A DNA stretch of 64,000 nt from Amoebophrya sp. A120. Its lineage: Eukaryota > Protista > Dinoflagellata. The position numbers were made by a program, and so were the translations under genes. A model generated the notes under the pieces. The model was not told the DNA's origin, searched no databases, and worked only from the letters and a program-made list of their open reading frames with translations. Of the stretch, positions 47,100-58,100 are shown in pieces. Each line of letters begins with the position of its first letter. Position 1 is the stretch's first letter. The stretch is taken from contig CAJINV010000010.1 of assembly GCA_905178155.1 (NCBI GenBank), forward strand, positions 1,633,182 through 1,697,181, written 5' to 3'.

Positions 47100-49030
47100 C
47101 TCTTTGGCGATCAGGCCCGGGAGCCGTGCTTGATCACCCTTACTGTGTTCCTCCTGGTGTGTTGTTTGCAGCTCAAGCGCTCGCTCCAAGTCCAAATGCG
47201 GGGTGTCGTAGGCGCCCAAGTAATGCAAAGCGTTCGCGCATCGTGTGGCGGCCGCTGCGGGCCGCTATGATTCTACTAAGCTGGAGGCAGCCGCCCGCAT
47301 TCAAATAGGCCGACACGGCACCGCGGCAAGTCTGCGGCGCAAGTGCGCCGCGCTGCGGGCCCGAGTAGTTGCAAACAGGCCGGCGCGGTGGTCCGGGATC
47401 GCCGTAAAAGGGGATCGCCGTAAAAGGGGATCGCCGTAAAAGGCCCGAGCAAAATGAGGCCAGGCAGCTGCCTGCCGGCTCGCTTTGCGCACTTGCCTGC
47501 CGGGCGGTGTCCCAGGCGGCCGGGCCAGCATGCACGCCAGGCGCCTGGTTTGTTTCCGTTCCCTGCCTTTCCGTGGACAACGGAGGCGGTCAGAATGGTC
47601 ACCGCGGTGCGCGACGGGATTCCGCCGGCGGACTCGGCCGAGTTGTTCGATTTCATTCACCAAAAGCCGGCGCGCCCGCGATCTCGGTGACGCGCGCGCG
47701 CTCGGCTTTGGGTATTTCGCCCGGCTTTGGGTTTCCCACCCAGGGCACCAGCCGCGCCGACCGCTCTTCCAGCCGGCCGACCCGCCCGCGGCCGGGCCGA
47801 AATACCTCCGGGCCAGCCTTTCCCGAAGCCGTGTGACGCCGGAACATCCGCCGCCAGCCAAGGGAGCGACGGACGGACTTGGTGGCGCGTCTGTTTGGCG
47901 AGAGCGCGCGCCGCGCCCTTGGCCGTGGGTGCGTGTCAGCCTCCCGGCCGGCGGGCGCGCGCCCTTCCCGCCCCCGGGGGCCCCGGTCCGTCTTGGAGGG
48001 CGCGAGGAGGGGGGCGGGCTGCGCCTTCCTGCGATGGCCCCCCTCGATCATGGGTGTCCCGCCGGCAGAGGCCGCGGCCGCGGCGCACTCTTAACCCGCA
48101 GGAGGGCGATGGACGACATGGCCAGGCACCCCCGGGCCACCCCGCGTCGAGAAAAGTCGCGGAGTTGGTCAATGAAAACGATAAGAAGAACGATAACAAG
48201 AACATTTTGCGAAGTCTCCTGGAGAAGGGGGTGCACTCCTGGAGAACATTTTGCAAGAAGAGCGTACTCCTGGAGAAGGGGGTGATGGAAGCACAACTGT
48301 CGCGGCTTCGAGAGATAGAGCAGATCGTGATAGGTTGGGCGCATGCGCCCCCAGGCGCCAGATTGCAGGCCGCGCACGAGGACCAGCGGCCGGCCGCACA
48401 TTGCCCGGGCGGGTGGGGCCGGCTGATGTTTTTCGGCTGGGGCACCCACCCACGTGCCCAGCCATTTCGTGGGCCGGCGCGCGCCGCGCGGCCTTCTGCC
48501 AGCCTTGTATGTCTACCAAGCCGCGCGCCTGTGGGTGTGCAGGCGCCCGGGCCATGCCTGGGCATGCGCAGCGCGCGCCCCCCGGGCGGCCAAGCGGGCC
48601 CCCCACCACCGAGGCCCTTTGCTTTGGGCGCAGCCTGCCCGCCGCCTTTTTTTGCTTGTGTGCCTGACAGACTGTCTGCATACTCATACACCGTGGCCAG
48701 CCGGCCGGGTTCTGCATATTGGCCCCTCCGCAAGTGTGGCCTGTGATCGGGTTTTGTTGTCTGCGTCCTCGAGCAGAGCCCGGGGCCAGAAGGTTGCTTG
48801 ATTCTTTCATTATTCCTAGCGGCCCGCGCGCACCGGACAAGCGGGCGACAAATAGCTATCTCACTCTAAGCACAGTTAACATTTGGCTGCGCAGTTCGTT
48901 CCCGGCACGTCGTGTAGGCCCGGGCCGCCTCTCGCGGACAGCAGTGTCAGTCTGCGTATGGCTAATTGCCTCACAGCGACGCTCTGTGTTCGTTGCAATC
49001 AGGGGACACGCTTCGCTCAGCATGTGCTGA
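47100..49030. repeat. GC-rich non-coding island, probable non-autonomous element, with 16-bp tandem repeat
   Basis: GGGATCGCCGTAAAAG x3 at 47395-47442; element ends not resolved. Confidence 0.45.
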
Positions 49031-49228
49031 GTGTGGCAGCTTCACTATCGTCCTTTTGTCGCGTATCGGTCAAGAAGGGTTTAATCTATGAATGAAGGTG
49101 ACTGAGCTATCCGGGCACATTAATGGATGCACCGCTAGCGGGGGTCATGTCTTCATCACGGTCCGCAACTTGTTATATCTAAATCTTAGACTTTTGCTTC
49201 GACGCCCAGCTCGTAGCACTGTAAGTGG

Positions 49229-52200
49229 ATGATGTCACCCGCCGCGCGCTGGTTTTTTGCTCCACCTCCGTTGAGCGGGTATACCGCTCATTTGTTTTTC
49301 TTCGGCGCCGCGTTTGCCCCCACGCTCCTGTCCCTGCTTGTCTCCCCCGCCTCCGCAGAAGACCTACCTCGCACGATCCAGTACGACGATCCGGCACTTC
49401 TAGAAAAACACGCCTTCGCTGACCTAAAACTTACGAAAAACTCCATCTGGCCACTGCCTACATCAAACCCCGACGGAACAGCCGCGCCCTCCCTTGACCC
49501 CGAGCAGGACGACCAGACGGCCGTTTGTGACAGCGCCGAAGACCAATACCTCCCAGGATTCTCCTTTCAATGGCGATTTCACTTTCCGAAAGACCTGTTG
49601 CGTGATTCTAGCAACACGGAGACGGACCTTCTTCAAAAAGAGCATTTGTTGAAGAAAAAACTCCACGAAACGCTAACCCCCACCCTAGCGGAAGTCGAGC
49701 AGGAAATTTTTGGCCGCCACAAGTCGAAGCATGAGGCGGCGTTTCAAGGGAAAAAGGTTTTGCTCGATGTTTACTTCGAAAAGGAACATATTTTTGACGT
49801 GGACGGGGAACCGGAACCAACGAAATCATTATCAACGGCCGACGGTTCGTTTTTGGATGCTGTCTGGGGCCCCGTGGGAAAAAACATCGATTTGGAGACA
49901 GAACAAAATTCCGCGGACCATTCTTTAGACAAAGAAACCTACTCTCTAGAAATCGTTCCAAGAACAACCACTACTACAGAAAGCGAAGACAATTACAATG
50001 CTGCCGCATCCTCTTCTTCTCCTATGCAGATCCTTATCACTGCGAGACACCGCGTAGGGCTTCTCCATGCCCTCTCCTCCCTCCAGCAGCTCATCAAATT
50101 CGACTTCAAGACCCAGCTGTATTACCTACCAAAAGCCTGTAAGATCCAAAACGACAAGCCGAAATTTCCCTACCGGGGTTTGATGATTGACACGGCGAGG
50201 CATTTCCTACCCATACAACTGATCAAACGAGCGATAAAAGCCATGCGGTATTTGAAACTCAACGTGTTGCATTGGCACATGACGGAAGATTCCAGCTTCC
50301 CGTTCAGTTCCGAGCTCTTTCCGGAACTCGCGGAAAAGGGCGCGTACTCGAATTTCGAGACGTACACGAAGGAGGATTTGAAAAACCTTGTGCACTATGC
50401 GGACTTGAACGGCATCACAGTCATTCCGGAAATCGACGTCCCCGGGCACATTGCTAGTCTCTGGAAATCCAGACCGGAGTTGTTCTCCTGCAAACCGAAT
50501 GCGGACACGAAATTCCAAAAATACGTCCCGTACCCGTTTTCCAACCTAGCGCTGATATGCCTTGCAAAAGTATCGTAATCGTAGTAATTGCATTTATGCA
50601 TTACAAATCTTTTTCGTTTTCCTAAGGTCAATCAGCATTACAAATTCCATTTCTCATGCTGGAGGATTTTTTAATGCAATTCATACTAGTAGGCACGATG
50701 CTTTTGCAGCTCATAGCTGAACCCCGTGAGTGAAAGGACGTACCAGTTTTTGGAGAGATTTCTGCTAGAGGTAGGCGAGGTGTTCGGAGGCGTTAGTGGA
50801 GATGTTATGCCGAAGGTGTTCCATGTTGGTTCGGACGAAGTGCCCGAGGACTGCTGGAAAAAATTGATCGGGAAAAGCGTGCGGAGGATAGAAACGGAAA
50901 AGGAACTATTGCAGGGCGGCAGTCCTAATAGTCTTCGCGGTGCAGGGACACAAGAAACCGGATCAACCGCATCTACAACTTCTAGTGCTTCGGAATCCAT
51001 CATGCAGAGGTCGGAAGTGGAAAACGTTTTGTCCTCGAAAAGTGACTTGATGCAGAGAGGACAAGATGTTACAGAAGATGAGGAGGTGGCCCAGCTGAGA
51101 CAGCAAGCAGTCATCGACGGGGCTGCTGGAACAACTCAACCTGGAATGATGGTGGATGATGGTACATCACAACTTCCAGCTTCAAACTACCTCGAAAAAA
51201 AAGTCGCGAAAATTTACTCCGATGAATTTCTCGAAGACCAGCAACAGCAGCAAGGAGAAGCAAGGCCAACTGCATCTAGAACAAGAACCCCACATCAGCC
51301 TCGGCTGGACTTCCAGCTGGCCGGAGTCACTGATTTCCAGAAGCAACTTCTCGAAGATCATTTCCCAGACGGCAAGATCAGGAGCACGAGCCAGATGTTT
51401 GACTACTTCACAGCAAGGGTGGCGGCGATTTTGCGAGGGACAAAGGGCGGGAGGACGACAAGACTGACAGACGGTTTTTCAACGTCAGCATCATCCTCCG
51501 TAGTCGACCTAAAAACAACATCGCAACCTCTTCAAAAATCTCGCCCCATGTTTTGGGACGAAGCTATCAATCACGAAAACACAATGGCTGACCTGCAAAA
51601 CCCTATCATAGAGGTCTGGAACTTCGGCCGGTCTGCAATACCCATCCTCAAACGCGGCTTCGACGTGGTTTTGGCCAGCAGCAACGTCTGGTACTTAGAC
51701 CACTTAGACGTAGAGTGGAAAAACATCTACTTTGGCCCGATATCCCGGAAAAAACACCAATCCCCATCCATTTTTTGCATGACAAACACTGCAAATTATG
51801 CATGTTTTGCATGACAAATTGGATGGGGGTGGTTATTTTTTCCTGGATACGCGGGAGAGCTCCACGATCCAGAGCTGCAAGATTATGGGAGGCAGCGCAA
51901 GCGGGAGAATTTGAATTATGGCAAGCAGTCCTCAAAATCAAATATCGGCAAGGTCCTCGGCGGAGAAGCGCCCATGTGGTCGGAGCGGGTGGACGGCAGT
52001 AACTTCTGGATGAAGGTGGTGCCAAAGATCGCCCTAGTCGCCGAGAGGTTGTGGAGCAACCCTAGTGCGGACTCTCAATCCGCGGAGTCTACCGCTTGGG
52101 TGAACGCGCAGCCGCGACTGCAAAAATTACGGTGTTTACTGATGGAATTAGGGGAGTACGATCCGGGCGTGGTAAACATGCGACTAGAGCCGACTTCTGC

Positions 52201-52798
52201 GCAACACAAATTTTCCTCCGGCCCACTGGGACCCGGGAGTTGCTTTCAGATGCCGGAAGTGGATGAAACTTGGGCGGTGGAAAGAGGGAAAAATTTGGCG
52301 TACGCGTTCGAAAAACCGAATGTCGGTAGAACTTTGGGTGGAGACGACAACGACGGAAGTAGCATCGTTGTGTCACAGCTCTTGAAGGAGCAGGAAGTGG
52401 GAACGAGTGTTAGTACAGCGGCGAAAACAGCAGTAGATACGTCTGTAAGTAGTAGAGACGCTATGGCAGCTAGTATTACTGTGGTGATAGTTCTGGAAGA
52501 GCAGGATGACGTGAAGATGCAATTGACAACCATAGATGCGTCAAAGACGAAGAGAACATCTTCGGCTTCATCTCCCGGCGCGACAGACGATTCTTCTTCT
52601 TCCTCGGTATCCTTCTCTACGTGTCTTTTTCTCTTCGCCGTTGGCTTCTTCTGTGTGGTGCTTGCATTCTACGCGGGCCGGAAAAGTGTGTTGTTGAACA
52701 ATCGAGGCTTCTACCACGCGCAGGGGAGCAAGCAGAGGGGAAACTTGGAATATTTTGGTGATATGCCCTTGGTAAACCCGCTGTCGCACGAGGATTGA
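49229..52798 (+). CDS. Beta-N-acetylhexosaminidase (GH20), ~1096 aa, N-terminal signal and C-terminal TM helix
   Basis: DKPKFPYRGLMIDTARHFLP, KLNVLHWHMTEDSSFP, VIPEIDVPGH, FHVGSDEV, MFWDE, WYLDHL, VLGGEAPMWSERVD, AERLWS; 2 introners; spliced 3291 nt. Confidence 0.93.
50556..50715. mobile_element. Introner family A
   Basis: TSD gctga/gctga. Confidence 0.9.
51741..51849. mobile_element. Minimal introner (109 bp)
   Basis: TATCC.GGAAAAAA...CCCCATCCA TIR, two GCATGACAAA; TSD cccga/cgcgg; frame restored. Confidence 0.8.
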
Positions 52799-53279
52799 GG
52801 ACGGTTGTTGGAGCGGAGGATGGATGTTTGTGAAGGCAGTAAGTGGCGAATGAATATGATCTGTGAAATTTGATCTCAGTGCCTCCTATTGCTCGACTTG
52901 GAGCTCGGCAGCGCGCACTACTCATTCGTAGTTCATTGCTTGTGCCTGAGAATATTCATGAGCAGAATGCGTTACTATCCTTTGGGCGAATAAAATTAAA
53001 ACAAAGAACCCCGAACTACGAGACCTCAGCCGAAGGTTCTGCAGAGAAAGCAACGGACCGCTGTCCGTGGTTGGAGCTAATGTTGTACAGTGCAAAACAC
53101 TCAAAGCGAAAGACAAGAACCAGCGTCGCATTACTAGGCAACAAGCCTCAACGTTCCAGAGCGCAAGAATGCCAAAGATGGGAAGATGAAGACGGTGGCG
53201 CCCTGATTAAGAAGGCTCTGGCGATTTGATCTAGCTTCGTTCGTGTTCATCTGATGAATGTTGTTTGCTCTGTGCAGGA

Positions 53280-54740
53280 GGCCGCTCGCCAATCATCGTG
53301 GCAAAACATGCGCGACGTACCTTCTAACTAGCGCGGCCCTTTGCCTCCTGCAGAAGCATACCGCCCGCCGCTGGGGTTGTGTGTGAGGGGAGCCCTCCCG
53401 GCGGCCAGGGCCCGGGCGGCGCTCTCCAGGAAGCGGGCAACAACGTCGCCGACGGCACGCGGGTCGTGGTGAGCTATCCGCTCATCGCTGGAGGAACGGA
53501 CGGGAACGGGCAACCATTGGCCGCGCCGCAGTTCGGGACTCCGATCGGCAAGCACATGCCTGCGTGAGACGCAGCCGCGAAGCGCATGCCGGCCCTTTGC
53601 AGGCCAAGGCGCTGAGGGGCAGGAGATAACGCCGGACGCCCTTCCCGGATACGGCGATACTCCTCAGACGCGCCAGATCTGCAAGGGTATGGCTTTCCCC
53701 TAAATGATTCCGGCCTGCTGCTGGGCCTGTCAAGCCCGGCGAAGTCTTTGACCGGCTCCCGGAGCGGGGGGCCGGTCGGGCGCCCGCGTTCCAAAGTAGT
53801 GGGGCAATGGGTTGCCGCCCGGTGGCATTTCGATGGTGGGATCGATGGGCGCCTGGGCCTGGCCTGCCCCCGCTGCTTGTGCGTCGTCAAAAGGCGCGGG
53901 AGCGGGCAGAAGGACAGCGGAAAGAAAGAGAGGGGCGAAAAGCGGAGAGGGATGCCGTTTCGCGTTTTTTTTTCGGCGCCCGCGGAGTTCGGAACAGCAT
54001 CGAGGACCTCACCACTTTCGGGCATTCGTCAGTCTTCCTTCACCGAAAGTGTCTGTTGACACGGCGAAGAGAGCCATCCTGCAGAAGGCCGACTCTGTCC
54101 CTTGTTCGAATCTTGGAAAGAAGACCAGGCCGCCAAGCGGAGGCAGGAAGGTCGGCCCGTTTGTTTCTTCTGGCGCTCGCCAAACGTACGAGAACGCGCA
54201 GGACGCGAGAAGGGCGTGGGCTCGAGTTTGGCGAGCCGGATGGGGAGGTGGCTCCCAACGCGCTGGAGGCGTTCGAGGACCAGAACGGCAGAGAGTGGGC
54301 CGGCCGCGCGCATCGCCCCCCATCTTGTTCAAAACGTAGGAAACTGCGCGACAAGATACCGACGCGAGCCAGCGCCGTGCCCCGCCCCGCCCGCGCTCGC
54401 CCTTGCTTCTTTCCGGGGCTGGCCCCGAGCGCCCCGGGGCCGGCTGCGTGCGCCATCGATCTGCAACCAATCCAACCGAGCGCGGTCGCGCAGGCTGGCT
54501 GCCAGCCCCTTCCCGTTCCTGATTATGGCGCCCGCACGGCACATGCCCCCCCCGCCCGCTTCGCTGGCATACGCAAAAGCGGCCGGCGAGGCAGGGTTGT
54601 AGGTCAGCAGGCGGCGGGCGGGGCCGACGAGGCAGCGCCGGGCGGCCGGCCCCGCGCGGCCCCCCCGCCCGCTTCCCGGTGTAAAGGCATTGGGGGCCCG
54701 AAGGTCGCGGGGGGCCGGGCCGGCGGGCCCGGCCTTGCTT
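53280..54740. repeat. GC-rich non-coding island, probable non-autonomous element
   Basis: Compositional island with low-complexity ORFs in all frames; ends unresolved. Confidence 0.4.
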
Positions 54741-55152
54741 TCTTTGATTTGCGATCAAACGATCTCATCAATTTTTGGTCAGGGAAGGATGGAAACAAGC
54801 TGTCCGCCGGAGTAATGTTCAGCTCTAGCTGTGTTTTGCCGCGATGTCGCGGTGTCGTTGCGGTTGGTGTTGTAATGGTACTCCGTGGAGCGCGTGTTCC
54901 GTGATGATTGTTGAGACAGAATTCGCGACGCCATTGCGTCTTTCCTTTCATTCTTTTTTTCCACATGTGTTCGCTTTTCGAATTCCTTCAAGTGGCTGGG
55001 GTTTGGTTGGTATCTATGAATATGCAGGGCGGCCGTGGTCTGTTCTCGCGGCCGAAGGAGCGAGCGTTGTTGTGCGCACAATTTCAGCGGCCGCCGGTCG
55101 GGGCCGCACATGCAACAGCAACAGGCAAGCCTTTCTGATTCAAAAGAAAGAT

Positions 55153-58100
55153 ATGAAAAAAATGCCGCCCACGATCTGTCGTCGCTCGCACGCGCCCGAC
55201 CGACCCTGGCGAGCCTATCTCGTGCCTGCCTTTGTCCTGTGGGTCCAATGTGTCGAAATTTCCCGCTCCGGAACATCAACCCTCGCCCGTGCAGAAGAGG
55301 GTGCCGCCGCTGCACCAGTACCCTCACGACAGGCGTCAAGCGCTGAGTCTCCTCCACCACCTGGAACTCCCACCACCAGCAACACCAACAGCATCTCCCC
55401 CCAGGAGCAGTACATCAACCATTGTATGGCGGTTCACGATCAGGTGGATGAGGATTATCGAGCGGTGTATTGCGCAACGAGACAAGCGATAGATCAAATC
55501 AACAAGCACAACCTGGAGGTGGAGAACCAAGAACACGCAGCGGCGCAGCTACAGACACAAGCTGCTGCTAGTTCTGATGCAGCTGGAGCAGGAACTTCTT
55601 CTTCACCAGCGGTGACACAACATCAAGTAGCCCCAAATACGAAACCAAGACCCGCCAGTACAACTCCTAGACAGCACCTCGTGATCCTGGATTTCTTCCT
55701 CGGCTGGGGCGGGTACATGCAGGCGATCTGGCGCGCTTTGGCCGACGCCAACATGGTATGGAATGGAAATATGTCTGGGTCTGGAAGATTGCGAGATTTG
55801 TCATGCTTGTCTGGCATGACCAAAAAGTTTGTGATGCGTCTCCAAGAAGAGACCCTTTTGCCTGTCATGCAAAAACGCTGTTTGTCATGCGAAAAACGCA
55901 ACACAAAGAAGTGCAGATATTTCTCATGCTTGGTTGTGCATTACAGAGCATTCACTATTCCCAACGCAGCATTACATATAAAGTGTTGTACAACACAGAT
56001 GACAGATGAAACAGATGACACAGATGATACAGATGACCAACTTTGCGAATTTTGTTGAGGGGCTTTTTTTGGTCATCTGTGTTCACAGATGACGAGCATT
56101 CGAACAGCGAAAACCGGAGCCCCAAAATCAAAAACAAAAGAAACAAAAAAGAGAGCCGGCTCGCCAGCGCCGCCGAGAAAGTGCGCGCGCTTTCACGGGG
56201 GGAGCAGATGGAGCAGCAACACCGCGGCCATAGGCCCCACCCTATGGGCCGATGCGCCAGCATTCCCAATGGCAAAGGTACGAGCACGACTGTGCTGCGC
56301 AGGTACGCCGATAGCTAGGCGGTGCCGTGCGCTGCACCTGCACGCCTCGAACAGATTCTGGCGAGGAATAGGGTAGACCGACGACGTTCCGCCTCATTCC
56401 AAGTCTCTGGCTCCGCCCAAGAAATGGCGAATGAAGTGCGGGCCGTCATCTGTCATCTGTGCCTTTTTTTTTGCTTCCCGTCGAAATTTCGTCATCTGTG
56501 TCATCTGTTCATCTGTACCTTCGTCATCTGTGCCAGCCCCCCCTTATACAACAGCCTATTACAAGTTTCCAGACCCAGACACTTTTGCATTTGATACATG
56601 GACGGCTCGAACAATCTGCAGAAAAACGTTCTCTACGCGGGTTTCGAAACGGAAAGGTGGAACGTGGAGACGCTGGTGCTGCAGAAAGTCGCGGAGCTGT
56701 GTCAGGCGATGCATATGACACTGCACAACCCCCTCTCCTCCGGCTCATTTGTCATGCAAAATACCAAATCCACCCTTTCCATCTTGGAACTTTTTGCATG
56801 ACAAGTTCTGGCAGCTCAAGCAGAACTACAATATCCTGGGTGAATTTGTTATGCAAAACCTGCACTCTTGCCGACGCTTGTATTGCTACTCATGCCATTG
56901 CAAATGAGGGGCAGTTCGAGTTGTGCACGTTCATAATGCAGAACCAGGCGAAAGAAGCGGAAAACCAGTACGGGTTTGCGTTCCACGAAAACCACGGCGT
57001 GATCAATGTGATATGCACTGCAAAAGTATAATATCGCAATCGTAGTCTTTGCTCTTATGCATGACAAATTTCTTTCCTAGGCTAAAACAGCATTACAGCT
57101 TTCATTTGTAATGCTGAGCTAATTTGTAATGCCATTTAAACTACATGTGCGATGCTTTTGCATTCCAAATTTGAACACGGAGTGCAACGTCACTTTCGTC
57201 GACGGCTCGACCGGGGGGCTATCCTGTGCAAAAGTATCGTACTCGTATAAATGCAGGTCTTGCATTACAAATTTCTTTATCAAGGCAAATCAGCATTACA
57301 AATTTTATTTCTCATGCTGAAAAAACTTGTAATGCATTTGTACAAGTACGATACTTTTGCAGTTCATAGGGGCTGCCAAGGGTGGACTCCGTGCAGGAGT
57401 ACTTCGGCCAGTTCATGCTGGCGAAAGAACCGCCTCCTGGCACTAGCGATAGTAGCGCAGCGGATGTTTGTGGTGGAGATGCTGGACGATCGCAACTACA
57501 CTCTGCCGAAGATAAAGATCCGGTCGCCGCTCTGATGCCGCAGAACCTGCTACCGAGACAGCAAGCAGCTTTACGCACCGCCGACGGGATGCGAACCGAT
57601 AGGAAATCCTTCGCGGACGTGACTCACCATCCAGCACGGAATATGCATTGCAAATGCGCCTGCGTCTGGAAACTTGTGATGCTGGTTGGCGAATTATGAG
57701 GACGTAGTCAAAAGGGACGGCTCAGCATGACAAGTTTCTAACTTGTTGGTAGGTGTTGTCTACTCTGCATGACAAACACCGTTTCTGCATGACACAAAGG
57801 CTGGGCTTTCCTTTTGCTTTTGGGCAACGTCGTGCATCGCAGCCTTGGGAGTCATGCTCGGCGAGGGAGCATGGTAAATCCTGCACTCTTCCAGACGCAC
57901 AGACATATTTGGAATGCATACGGAATCTGCTCCGCCAGGTGATCCCCGAGGCGGTGAAACGGCACATCCACGACGTGCGCGTGGTAGCGACTGACACATT
58001 AGAGGGGCCTGCAGACGGAATGGCGATTTTGACACGAGATCCCTCAGGAGATGAAGCTGCGACGTGTAGTACATCACCTTCTACGGCAACATCAATTTCG

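Noticed and set aside
53200-54784. piggyBac-like CCCTGA...TCAGGG ends around the GC island
   Set aside because: Match is short and there is no TTAA duplication
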